Shown piece after piece: positions 46,479 through 55,175 of a stretch of 64,000 bases of DNA. Origin of the DNA: Acidimicrobiia bacterium (GTDB lineage Bacteria; Acidobacteriota; Vicinamibacteria; Vicinamibacterales; UBA2999); contig VFZH01000001.1 of assembly GCA_016871255.1 (NCBI GenBank), positions 8,056 to 72,055 of the forward strand, read 5' to 3'. The stretch's first letter is position 1. Each line of letters opens with the position of its first letter. The notes under the pieces are model-generated. The model had not been told where the DNA came from. It made no database searches and worked only from the letters and a program-made list of their open reading frames with translations. Position numbers and translations under genes: made by a program.

Positions 46479-47045
46479 GTGATCACACACGACGGCAGGC
46501 ACCTCCGCAACATCTTCGTGCTGTGCACGGGGCGCTGCGGGTCCGCGACCTTTGCCGCCGCCTGTTCGCACATCCGCAACTACACATCGTCGCACGAGCG
46601 GAACCGCCAGACGTACGTGTCGGAGCGGCTGGCGTATCCAGCGGACCACATCGAAGTGGACAACCGCCTGAGCTGGTGGCTGGGGCGTCTCGACGAGGCG
46701 TACGGCAGGAACGCCGCCTATGTGCACCTGACGCGCGATCCCGCCCGCGTCGCCGCCAGCTATGCCGGCCGCCACGCGGGGCGGCTGGCGCCCGGCTGGA
46801 TGCGTTACATCATGGGCGCCGAGAAGGAGACCATGGAGGCGGAGGTGGAGCCGATGATGGCCGACATGGTGGCGGTCATCACAGCCAACATCCGGCTGTT
46901 CCTGCGAGACAAGGACTGGATCCCGTTCCGGGTGGAGCAGCACGCCGAGGACTGGCCCAGGTTCTGGGAGTGGTGCGGTGCGGACGGCGACTACCGCGCG
47001 TCACTCAAGGCCTGGCACCACCGGCACAACATCGGCAAGCGCTGA
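46479..47045 (+). CDS. hypothetical protein with a sulfotransferase-like P-loop motif
   Basis: In frame within ORF 46368..47045(+). I placed the start at GTG 46479 because the track start overlaps cysM. IFVLCTGRCGSATF resembles the 5'-PSB loop of small sulfotransferases. TATACT (46465-46470) lies 8 nt upstream. Confidence 0.45.
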   Translation: MITHDGRHLRNIFVLCTGRCGSATFAAACSHIRNYTSSHERNRQTYVSERLAYPADHIEVDNRLSWWLGRLDEAYGRNAAYVHLTRDPARVAASYAGRHAGRLAPGWMRYIMGAEKETMEAEVEPMMADMVAVITANIRLFLRDKDWIPFRVEQHAEDWPRFWEWCGADGDYRASLKAWHHRHNIGKR

Positions 47046-47205
47046 GGCGGGGCCGGCCGGCGGCGTCGTGCTGGCGGGCGCTTCCTGCGGCACCGTCAGC
47101 ACCAGGCAGATCTTCTGCGCGACCGCGGCGCCCGGGCGTCCGCTGACCAGAAGCAGCGCGCCGAGCAGGATCCACCGCACGTGCCTGTTCGTCATCGTCC
47201 GATTG

Positions 47206-47880
47206 TCAGGCCGCGGGCGGTAGGTTGTCCAGACTCGCCCAGAGATACCAGCAGGCCACCGAGCGGTACGGCCGCCAGGGCTCGGCCAGCCGCGTCATCC
47301 GCTCAGGCGTGGGCCTGGTCCGCAGGCGATACGCCTGCCGGATCGCCCTGGCGATGCCAAGGTCGCCGAGCGGCAGCACGTCCGGACGCTGCAGTTGAAA
47401 CATCAGGAACATCTCCGCCGTCCAGCGGCCCACGCCCTTCACGGCTGTCAGCGTGTCGATGACGGCGTCGTCGGGCATCGCCCGCAGCGCCCGCAGGTTG
47501 AGGGACCCGTCCACGACGCGAGCGCTGAGATCGTGCAGGAACGCGACCTTCATCCGGCTCAATCCGGCGCCGCGGAGCCGATCGGCCGCCATCGCCGATA
47601 CCTCCGCCGGCCGGGGAAACGGGCGGCGGCCGGACCGGCGGGCGGCCGCACCGTCCGAGGGCAGGTCTGGCACGAACAGGGCCTCGAAGCGCCCGAGGAT
47701 CGTGGCCGCGGCCTTGACGGAGAGCTGCTGGGAGACGATGGCGCGAACCAGCGCCTGGAACGGCTCGCCGCGGCGGGTGATGGCGAGGCCGCATGCACCA
47801 TGCCGGCGGATCAGGTCGCCGATGACCGGGTCGCGGCGACGGAGCAGGCGCCCCGCCTTCGCGTAGTCGGCGGGCGTCAC
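47206..47880 (-). CDS. DNA-3-methyladenine glycosylase II family protein (HhH-GPD)
   Basis: ORF 47206..47880(-), GTG start overlapping the upstream stop (GTGA). LTAVKGVGRWTAEMFLMF...DVLPLGDLG is the HhH-GPD motif. Confidence 0.85.
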   Translation of the reverse strand: MTPADYAKAGRLLRRRDPVIGDLIRRHGACGLAITRRGEPFQALVRAIVSQQLSVKAAATILGRFEALFVPDLPSDGAAARRSGRRPFPRPAEVSAMAADRLRGAGLSRMKVAFLHDLSARVVDGSLNLRALRAMPDDAVIDTLTAVKGVGRWTAEMFLMFQLQRPDVLPLGDLGIARAIRQAYRLRTRPTPERMTRLAEPWRPYRSVACWYLWASLDNLPPAA

Positions 47881-48572
47881 CGCGTCTCGATCGCGGCGGT
47901 GAGCGTGACCCGCGCGCGAAGCTCGATGCGGCCGGGTGCCACCGGAGTCGCCGTCGCCGCGTCCTGCGCAGCCATGAGGCGCATCGCGGGCTCCGGTGGC
48001 GCGACCACGGCGTCTTCCTGGATGCGGAGCACGCGGCCGATCGCGCCGCCGGCACCGGCCGCGGCCGCTTCGGCGCGGGCGCGCGCGTCCTCGACCGCCA
48101 GCCGGATCGCCTGGCGCTCCAGCGAAGCGCGGTCCTTCACGTCGAACCGGACGTCCGCAATCGACGTCCCGCCGGCGGTGACCGCCGCGTCGATCAGCTC
48201 GCCCAGCCGATCGAGGCTGTCCACGCGCACCTCGATGCTGTTCGCGGCCACGTATCCCCGCGGCACCTGCCGGCCGTCCACGTAGTCGTATTCCATCCGG
48301 AGGTCGATCGCCGTGGTCCGCACCGCATCCGACGGCACCTGCAGCGCGCGCAGGCGATCCTGCACGCGTGTCATCACCTCGGCGTTCCGGCGCTGGACAT
48401 CCGTCGGGCTGGACCCGCGGCTCTCGGCCGACACGGTGAAGACGGCGCGGTCGGGAACGGCCGTCACGACGCCCTCACCGGCTGTGACGACGACGGTGGG
48501 ATCGGGCGCCTGGGCAGCCACCGGAGTAGCGGCGCATGCAACCACGAGAACGGTCAGGAGGATGCGGGACAT
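47877..48572 (-). CDS. SIMPL (DUF541) periplasmic protein
   Basis: In frame within ORF 47877..48704(-). ATG 48572 gives the signal peptide MSRILLTVLVVACAATPVAAQ. The domain pattern GEGVVTAVPDRAVFTVSAE...ARAEAAAAGAG...V is SIMPL-like. Confidence 0.8.
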   Translation of the reverse strand: MSRILLTVLVVACAATPVAAQAPDPTVVVTAGEGVVTAVPDRAVFTVSAESRGSSPTDVQRRNAEVMTRVQDRLRALQVPSDAVRTTAIDLRMEYDYVDGRQVPRGYVAANSIEVRVDSLDRLGELIDAAVTAGGTSIADVRFDVKDRASLERQAIRLAVEDARARAEAAAAGAGGAIGRVLRIQEDAVVAPPEPAMRLMAAQDAATATPVAPGRIELRARVTLTAAIETR

Positions 48573-48644
48573 AATCTCGGGAAGAGTATAGGTTGCCCTT
48601 ACGACGTCCAGAACGCTCGAAGGGCCGGCCCAAGCTGCCGCCAG

Positions 48645-49106
48645 ATGCGCCGGGCGGTACTGTCCGTCGAGGTCATCGTGGAAGTGTCCCAGGTCAGAAG
48701 ACAATTGCTCGCGGCCTTCGAGGCGGCCCGGCGCGAGACGCAGGCGCGGCGCGAACGCGCGATCGAGGCCCGCGACGCCTACGACCGCTTCCTCAGGCAG
48801 GTGGCGGTGCCGCTCGTGCGATCCCTGGCGACCGTGCTGGTGGCCGAGCGACTGCCGTTCCGCGCCTCCACGCCCGCAGGCGGCGTGCGCCTCGCGTCCG
48901 ACAACGCGCGCGACGATTCACTGGAGATCTTCCTGGACACCGATTCCGACCCGCCGCACGCGGCGCTGCGCGTGAGCCGCAGCCGCGGTTCGCGCCTGCT
49001 GACCGACGAGCGCGCGATCAAGCCGGACGCGTCGCCCGACACGATCACCGAGCAGGAGCTGCTCGACGTGCTGCTCAGCTCGCTCCAGCCGTGGCTGGAG
49101 CGATGA
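48645..49106 (+). CDS. hypothetical protein
   Basis: ORF 48645..49106(+). An alternative GTG start at 48678 is preceded by GAGG. Coiled, charged N-terminus. No family recognised. Confidence 0.45.
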   Translation: MRRAVLSVEVIVEVSQVRRQLLAAFEAARRETQARRERAIEARDAYDRFLRQVAVPLVRSLATVLVAERLPFRASTPAGGVRLASDNARDDSLEIFLDTDSDPPHAALRVSRSRGSRLLTDERAIKPDASPDTITEQELLDVLLSSLQPWLER

Positions 49107-49509
49107 CGTAGACCCGCACCAGCTCCACGACCTTGTACCCCCGGGTCTGGTACGGCGGAGTGATCCGCTCCGTACGCAGGAACTGCAGCATCCCCTCGTC
49201 GGCGTAGTCCGGTGCGCCGATGGTGTCGATCCCGGTGAGGTGCGCCTCGAGGTCGACCAGCGTCATCGCCGGGCGGAGTACGGTTCTGCGCACGGGCACG
49301 ATGCCGAACAGGCGGGACGGCTCGGACGCCTCGTCGGCGCGGAACCGGACGTAGATCTCGTTGCTGATGAAGTTGAAGCCTTCATCCGCACGCGAGGCCG
49401 GCGCGTCTTCCACACGCAGGTACGTGATCGACGACATCGCCTGGAGCGTCTCGAGGAGCGCCGCCGTGAAGGTGCCTTCGCCCGACCACTGGTTCGATTC
49501 GTACTCCAC
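49075..49509 (-). CDS. hypothetical protein
   Basis: ORF 49075..49509(-), 10 nt downstream of ubiE/menG. No family recognised. The 3' end overlaps the convergent ORF by 32 nt. Confidence 0.45.
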   Translation of the reverse strand: MEYESNQWSGEGTFTAALLETLQAMSSITYLRVEDAPASRADEGFNFISNEIYVRFRADEASEPSRLFGIVPVRRTVLRPAMTLVDLEAHLTGIDTIGAPDYADEGMLQFLRTERITPPYQTRGYKVVELVRVYVIAPATAGAS

Positions 49510-49518
49510 GCCCCGGCA

Positions 49519-50289
49519 CTATACCGCGCGCTCGGCCGTGTGAATGGTCATCAGTCCGCCGAGCACGGCGACGACGCGGACACGAGTGAAACCTGCGGCC
49601 TCCAGCAGTCGCGCGACGCCGCCCGCCCCGGGATAGCGGCGGATCGACGCGGGGATGTAGCGGTACGTGTCGGGATCGCGGTGCAGCAGCCATCCGAGAG
49701 CGCTGCCGACGACCGTGAGGTACGACAAGTACAGCCAGCGGATCGCGGGAGCCTCAGGCCGATTGAAGTCGAGCGAACACAGGCGGCCGCCTGGCGCGAG
49801 CACGCGGTGCAGCTCGGCGATCGCCGCGGGCAGGTCCGGGGCGTTGCGCAGGCCGTAGCCGGTGGTGAGCAGCGTGAACGAGGCTGGCGGAAAGGGCAGG
49901 TGGGCCATGTCGCCCGCCACGAACGTCACCGCGGCATCCCCCGCGCGTCGCTGCCGCGCCAGCTCCAGCATCCGAGGCGTCAGGTCCAGGCCCACCACCC
50001 GCGCGCCCCTGTCCGCAGCGGCGAACGCCAGATCGCCGGTCCCGCACGCCACGTCCAGCACGCGGTCGGTCGCGGACACGGCCGCCAGGTCGATGAGCCG
50101 GCGTTTCCAGCGCCGGTCCTGCCCGTACGACAGCACGCGCGTGATGAGATCGTACCGATTCGCGATCGTCGCGAACAGCCGCGCGACGTGCCGGCGTTTC
50201 CCGTCCGCCGTGTCGAATGCCGACCCGAGGTTGCCGGGTGTCGCAGCACCCGAGCCTGGATTCGCGCGCCGTGGAGAGCCTGCTGCCAA
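49519..50289 (-). CDS. ubiE: demethylmenaquinone / ubiquinone C-methyltransferase (UbiE/MenG)
   Basis: ORF 49519..50289(-). VARLFATIANRYDLITRVLSYGQDRRWKR, VLDVACGTGDLA, and LRNAPD with LAPGGRL. Confidence 0.9.
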   Translation of the reverse strand: MAAGSPRRANPGSGAATPGNLGSAFDTADGKRRHVARLFATIANRYDLITRVLSYGQDRRWKRRLIDLAAVSATDRVLDVACGTGDLAFAAADRGARVVGLDLTPRMLELARQRRAGDAAVTFVAGDMAHLPFPPASFTLLTTGYGLRNAPDLPAAIAELHRVLAPGGRLCSLDFNRPEAPAIRWLYLSYLTVVGSALGWLLHRDPDTYRYIPASIRRYPGAGGVARLLEAAGFTRVRVVAVLGGLMTIHTAERAV

Positions 50290-50323
50290 CCTGTCTGTCC
50301 TCCAAACCGGCTAGACTCAGCCG

Positions 50324-50995
50324 ATGCTCGCCTCGAGCACGGTTGAAAACTACCTCAAGGCCATCTACGCGGGCGTCCAGAGCCTGCAGCCCGACCAGCG
50401 GCTGCTGCCCATGGGGCAGCTGGCGGGGGCGCTGCGCGTCACGCCCGGCACGGCCACGACGATGGTCAAGACCCTGGCCGAATCGGGCCTCGTCGAATAC
50501 GAGCCGTACGTGGGCGTCCGGCTCACGAAGGCGGGTGAGCGGCTGGCGGCCCTGGTGCTGCGTCGCCATCGGCTGATCGAGCTGTTCCTGGTGCGCGTGC
50601 TGGGGCTGGGGTGGGACGAAGTGCACGAAGAAGCGGAGCAGCTCGAGCACGTCGTGTCCGATCGGCTGGTCGAGCGGATCGACGAGATGCTGGGCCACCC
50701 GGCCACCGACCCGCACGGCGATCCGATCCCGAACCCGGACGGGTCCGTCACGCGCCAGGAGTACGACACGCTGCTCACCTGCCCGCTCGATCGCCCGGTC
50801 ACGGTGACCCGGGTCGTCGATCAGGACAAGGCCTTCCTGCAGTTCATCGAGACGAACCAGCTCATGCCGGGCACGGCCATCGTCGTGGAAGCGCGCGACG
50901 CCGCCTCGGACAGCGTGCGGCTCCGCGCGAGCGAGAGCCAGGTCATGACGATCGGCACCCGCGCCGCCTCGAAGCTGCTCGTCGCCAGCGGCTAG
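50324..50995 (+). CDS. DtxR/IdeR/MntR-family metal-dependent transcriptional regulator with a C-terminal FeoA/SH3-like domain
   Basis: ORF 50324..50995(+). ENYLKAIY, TPGTATTMVKTLAESGLVEYEPY, RRHRLIELFL, EAEQLEHV and DPHGDPIP. Confidence 0.9.
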   Translation: MLASSTVENYLKAIYAGVQSLQPDQRLLPMGQLAGALRVTPGTATTMVKTLAESGLVEYEPYVGVRLTKAGERLAALVLRRHRLIELFLVRVLGLGWDEVHEEAEQLEHVVSDRLVERIDEMLGHPATDPHGDPIPNPDGSVTRQEYDTLLTCPLDRPVTVTRVVDQDKAFLQFIETNQLMPGTAIVVEARDAASDSVRLRASESQVMTIGTRAASKLLVASG

Positions 50996-51264
50996 ACCGC
51001 GCGGCCGTCGCAGCGCATCGACCAGCCGGCCGGCGCGCTGGCTGCCCGGACACGCCGGGCAGTCTGGGCGGCGTCGGCCACGCAGGCGCTCGACGACGTG
51101 CTCGGACCCGGAGTTCACGAATGTTTCCACTCGCAGCGGCCAGCTCTGGCCGGCCGAAGGACCGGCTGAAGCCGGCTCCTGCGATCGACACACGTGAGGT
51201 CCGGAGCAGTGGCGACGCCAGGAGGAACCGGTGCTCTGAGTTCCTCGGGCCGGCAGCCGCGTCC

Positions 51265-52449
51265 TCACAGTCTCCCCAGGAACGCGAGCAGGGCGGCCCT
51301 GCCCGGATCGTCCAGGCGCCCGAAGTCGCGGCGCGACCGCGCGGCCTCCCCGGCATGACGGAGGATCGCCTCCTCCACCGTTGACGCGGAGCCGTCGTGC
51401 AGGAGCGGGCGGCGGAAGCGCAGCCCCCAGAGCGCGGGCGTGCGGATCTCGCCCGGCTCGGCGGCGGCCTGCGGAATCCCGTCCCCCGTACCCACGTCGT
51501 GCAGCAGGAGGTCGGAGAAGAGCGGCACGGGACGCCGGTTGAAGAGCGGGTTGCTGCCGGGGCCGGTGGTCATCACCGGGACGTGGCACGCGGCACAGCC
51601 GATGGCGGTGAACAACCGCTCGCCCGTGCGCGCCGTCTCGTCCATCGGCGCGCGATCGAGCGGCGCGAGAAAACGCATGAAGCTCTCGAAGTTGTCGATG
51701 CCGCGTCGGCCGGTGCCCGGTTCACGCACGTCCTCGGGATCGGGGATCGGATCGCACACCCGCATCTGCTCCGCGGCAATGCCGACGGCCAGCTCCTTCG
51801 GAAACAGCTCGTTCGTGATCCCCATCTCGTTCCGGTAGGCGTCGGCGCCGAACGCGAGCAGCGTCGGGTGCTGCGCCTTCCAGCCGAACCGGCCCACGCG
51901 CGCCTCGCCGGTGGCCAGGTCGGCGACGATCGCGGCGCGACCGCTGATGCCGTCGCGGTCGAGATCCAGCGGGTCCTCCAGCGCGCGAATCGCCTCGTCG
52001 GGGATGGCCTCGACCAGCCCGCCACCGAAGAGCGGGATCGGAACCCTCCGCGCCACGACGGTAGCCTGTGGTGGGATGACCGGCTGGCAGGAGTGGTTCG
52101 GCACCGAGAAGAGGTGGAAGAGTGTCTCGCCCGACTCGACGGCGGGCACCGACGTCCCGTCGGCGCGGCGAATGGCCGCCCGCACCTCGGCAACGGGGCT
52201 CACACCACCGATCGCCGGCACGTTGTGGCACCCGGCGCAGCTCGTGCCGTTGAAGGCGGGTCCGAGCCCCTCGCCGGCTGTCTCCACCTCGAGGAAGTCG
52301 TCGAGACCGAGACGGAACTCCTCGAACTCGACCGGCGTGATACCTGGCAGCGGGTCGCCCGGCCTCAGGGGGCGCTGCCCCGTCACGACGCCGGCGAACG
52401 CCGACGCCGCGGCGAGCGCCGCTGCAACGCCCCGCTGAAGGACGGTCAT
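51265..52449 (-). CDS. DUF1111 di-haem cytochrome c (peroxidase-like 'thiol oxidoreductase') family protein
   Basis: In frame within ORF 51265..52521(-). ATG 52449 overlaps the upstream stop (ATGA). Two CxxCH motifs are present (CAGCHNVP and CAACHVPV). RFGWKAQ is typical of DUF1111. Confidence 0.85.
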   Translation of the reverse strand: MTVLQRGVAAALAAASAFAGVVTGQRPLRPGDPLPGITPVEFEEFRLGLDDFLEVETAGEGLGPAFNGTSCAGCHNVPAIGGVSPVAEVRAAIRRADGTSVPAVESGETLFHLFSVPNHSCQPVIPPQATVVARRVPIPLFGGGLVEAIPDEAIRALEDPLDLDRDGISGRAAIVADLATGEARVGRFGWKAQHPTLLAFGADAYRNEMGITNELFPKELAVGIAAEQMRVCDPIPDPEDVREPGTGRRGIDNFESFMRFLAPLDRAPMDETARTGERLFTAIGCAACHVPVMTTGPGSNPLFNRRPVPLFSDLLLHDVGTGDGIPQAAAEPGEIRTPALWGLRFRRPLLHDGSASTVEEAILRHAGEAARSRRDFGRLDDPGRAALLAFLGRL

Positions 52450-52850
52450 TCCCCATCCTCCGCCGATGCGATGATCACGCCCCGCATGAAGGCGTGGCCG
52501 GCGCCGCAGATCTGGGAACACTCGAACGTGTACTCGCCTTCCGCCAGCGTCACGGTGACCACCGCCGCGCCCCGCGATCGCTTCGGAATCACCACGTCGA
52601 CATCGGTGCCGACGATCCGGAAGCCGTGGTCGGTGTCTTCACTCTTCAGCTCGATGCGCACGGGCACATCGGCTGGAACGCGGATCTCGGAGGGCGTGAA
52701 CGTGAAACGCTCGGCGCTCACCCTCACCGTGCGGACCGCGTCGTCGGCATCCTGGGCGGTCGGCGCCGCCAGGGAGGCGACCAGGGTCACGAGAGCCACG
52801 GCCGTGAACCGAAGACGCGCGCGCCTCAGCACCACCATCAGAACCACCAT
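52446..52850 (-). CDS. stand-alone cupredoxin protein with a CuA-type (CoxB-like) ligand motif
   Basis: Last 134 codons of ORF 52446..53195(-), with ATG at 52850 (or 52838, overlapping the upstream stop). A signal/anchor is followed by DHGF and CSQICGAGHAFM, matching the CoxB H...CxExCGxxHxxM CuA pattern. Confidence 0.7.
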   Translation of the reverse strand: MVVLMVVLRRARLRFTAVALVTLVASLAAPTAQDADDAVRTVRVSAERFTFTPSEIRVPADVPVRIELKSEDTDHGFRIVGTDVDVVIPKRSRGAAVVTVTLAEGEYTFECSQICGAGHAFMRGVIIASAEDGE

Positions 52851-53998
52851 CCGATCCCGAGGTTCCACGAGTTGGGCGCCTCGATCACGCTGCTCCGGTT
52901 CCGCACCCACGACACGTCGGCCTTGATCGCGATGTCGGGCTCCGGCCAGTAGGTGGCGCCCACGACGAGCGCGTCGCGGTCGAACGCCCGGAGCGGCAGG
53001 TACCCATCCGGCATGCGGAACTGGGTGTCGAAGTTCTCGTACCGCGCGAACGCACCCACGTCGCCAATGCGCGCGCCCGAGATGAACCGATAGCCACCCT
53101 CGGCGTAGAAGCCGCGCATGGCGCTCGGCAGGTTCGGATCCACGCCGATCCGGAACGCCAGCGCCTGGTTGAGCGTCGCTGCGTTGTCGATCCATACCTG
53201 GGCGAACTGGCCCCGGAGTTCCAGGCGATCGCGGGCGTAGCGGGCGTCGGCTTCCGCCACGTGCACGTTGACGTCGAAGCGCGGCCGGAACTCGAAGCCG
53301 GACTTGCCGGACCAGAGGCTCGCGCCGAGCGTCAGGCCCGGGATGCTCACGAGCTCCACGCGCCCGGTGGCGGCCAGCCGGCCGGCGTTCGCTTCCGCCC
53401 CCTTCTGGCGGCCATCGCGCAAACCCTCCTCAGCGCTGAACTCGGCGGCGTTCAGCGGCGCGGTGAGAAACGCGCGGTAGCGCAGACCGCGACCCACTTC
53501 GCCGTGTACGCCGGCGCCGACCTCGAACCACGTGGTGGGCACGATGACCGTGTCCACGAACGGCCGCTCCACGCCGTAGAACACCGGCGGCTCGTGGCGC
53601 TCGTTGATGATGCCGACCGGCATGAGCATCATGCCGGCGCGGACGTTGAACGAGCGGTCGAGCAGGAAGTCGACGTAGGCCTGCTCCAGTTCCAGCTCGC
53701 CCGCTTCCTCCAGGCCTTCGACGAAGGCGTGCTCGAGCTCCAGCTCCCCGACGAAGCGGAGACGGTCGGAGAACGAGTGCGTCACCAGCAGAACGAACCG
53801 GTGGAAGTCGAGCCGGCCGTCCTCGAACTCCGGCTTGTTGTAGTGCGCCTCCATGTAGCCTGAGATGCCCGTCCGAGGCTCGGGCGCCGGCGGAGAGCCG
53901 GTCTGGGCCGCGGCGGTCGCGCCCAGCAGCACGAGGAGGCAGCCGGACAGCAGGACTCGCGAGTTCTGGCGACAGAATGGGTTGTTTTGATGAGTCAA
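52838..53998 (-). CDS. outer-membrane beta-barrel (porin-like) protein
   Basis: In frame within ORF 52838..54172(-). I propose a TTG start at 53998 (THQNNPFCRQNSRVLLSGCLLVLLGATAAAQ signal). Alternating beta pattern with a C-terminal ..GIGWWF. Confidence 0.6.
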   Translation of the reverse strand: MTHQNNPFCRQNSRVLLSGCLLVLLGATAAAQTGSPPAPEPRTGISGYMEAHYNKPEFEDGRLDFHRFVLLVTHSFSDRLRFVGELELEHAFVEGLEEAGELELEQAYVDFLLDRSFNVRAGMMLMPVGIINERHEPPVFYGVERPFVDTVIVPTTWFEVGAGVHGEVGRGLRYRAFLTAPLNAAEFSAEEGLRDGRQKGAEANAGRLAATGRVELVSIPGLTLGASLWSGKSGFEFRPRFDVNVHVAEADARYARDRLELRGQFAQVWIDNAATLNQALAFRIGVDPNLPSAMRGFYAEGGYRFISGARIGDVGAFARYENFDTQFRMPDGYLPLRAFDRDALVVGATYWPEPDIAIKADVSWVRNRSSVIEAPNSWNLGIGWWF

Positions 53999-54009
53999 AC
54001 TAGCAGCAT

Positions 54010-54037
54010 TGAATAGGCAAAACCGCTTGTCTGTCAA
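54010..54037 (-). promoter_or_regulatory. candidate promoter for the porin-cupredoxin-DUF1111 operon, with an adjacent TTTGA-N4-TCAAA inverted repeat (53986-53999) over the start codon
   Basis: Minus strand: TTGACAgacaagcggttttgccTATTCAatgctgctagTTG. Perfect -35, 16-nt spacer, weak -10. The segment is AT-rich in a GC-rich genome. Confidence 0.4.
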
Positions 54038-54717
54038 GGGCCATGTGGGATCCGCCCGAACTCGTCGAGCACGCGCAGCAACCCGCGCGGGGTGTCCGCT
54101 GTCCACCGCGCGGTCGCGACCGCCGCCGGCTCGAGCGTGACCCGCCCGAAGCCGTACAGCGCGAGACAGCACGCCACGTCCGCTCGCCGGGCGGTCTCGA
54201 GGTCGATCGCGGAGTCGCCGATCAGCAGCGTGTGGGCGCGGGGCGCCACGGCGGCTCGCATCAGGGCTGCCAGCGCGGCCGGATGGGGCTTCCGCGGACA
54301 GGGGCCGTCGCCGCCGACGACCTGCTCGACGAGCGGCGCCAGCCCGAGTCCGTCCAGGATGCGCAGCGCGGCCGCCCGCGGCTTGTTGGTCAACACGGCG
54401 ACGTACGCGCGTTCGCGCGCGGCCCCGAGAACCTCCGCGATCCCTTCATACGGCACGGTGTGCTCCAAGAGCCGCCGGTCGTAGATGTCCAGGAACCGTT
54501 CGAGAGCCCGGTCGGGCTGTTCGAGGCCCGCGGCCGTGAGCGCGCGGCCCACCAGCAGTCGCGCGCCTTCACCGATCATCCCGGCGATGTCGGGGTGCGG
54601 GAGCGGCCTCCCGCCGAGCTCCTCGATCAGCTGGTTGACCGCGTTGGCGAGATCCCGCTGGGAGTCGACGAGCGTGCCGTCGAGATCGAACGCGATCAGC
54701 CGGTGTAGGTGGCCCAC
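54034..54717 (-). CDS. HAD-family hydrolase (phosphoglycolate phosphatase-like)
   Basis: In frame within ORF 54034..55248(-). The likely GTG is 54717. LIAFDLDGTLVDS (DxDGT), VLTNKP and LLIGDSAIDLETA. Confidence 0.8.
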   Translation of the reverse strand: MGHLHRLIAFDLDGTLVDSQRDLANAVNQLIEELGGRPLPHPDIAGMIGEGARLLVGRALTAAGLEQPDRALERFLDIYDRRLLEHTVPYEGIAEVLGAARERAYVAVLTNKPRAAALRILDGLGLAPLVEQVVGGDGPCPRKPHPAALAALMRAAVAPRAHTLLIGDSAIDLETARRADVACCLALYGFGRVTLEPAAVATARWTADTPRGLLRVLDEFGRIPHGP

Positions 54718-55097
54718 GAGGTGGGCGTCTCCCACACGGTCACGCGCATGACGCCCAGGCCGAGGTCGCGTGCCGTCTCGAAGATCAGCCGCGCGATCCG
54801 CTCGACGGTCGGATTGCTCTCGAGCAGGTAGATCGGCTCGCCCAGGGCCTGGAGGGGCGCGACCATCGGATCGTCCCTCCGCAGGATCATCTTGTGATCG
54901 AGCTCGCGATCGATCCACCCCTTGACGAGCGTCTTGATGTCGCTGAAGTCCACGACCATGTTGCGGCTGTCGAGGGTGTCGGTCCGGACTTCGATCTCGG
55001 CCACCGCGTTGTGCCCGTGCGGGTGCTTGCAGACCCCGTCGTACTCCAGGAGGCGGTGGCCGTAGCAGAAGTCGATGCGCTTGGTGACGGAATACAC
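54696..55097 (-). CDS. queD: 6-carboxy-5,6,7,8-tetrahydropterin synthase
   Basis: In frame within ORF 54696..55751(-). GTG 55097. FCYGHRLLEYDGVCKHPHGHN, DFSDIK and LDHKMIL. Confidence 0.9.
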   Translation of the reverse strand: MYSVTKRIDFCYGHRLLEYDGVCKHPHGHNAVAEIEVRTDTLDSRNMVVDFSDIKTLVKGWIDRELDHKMILRRDDPMVAPLQALGEPIYLLESNPTVERIARLIFETARDLGLGVMRVTVWETPTSWATYTG

Positions 55098-55175
55098 AGG
55101 TGGCCTTCGCGCGGTCACGGCGAACGCCACACCGCACGCCCGCGTCCGTTCCGCGTCCCGGTAGAATAGACCGAA

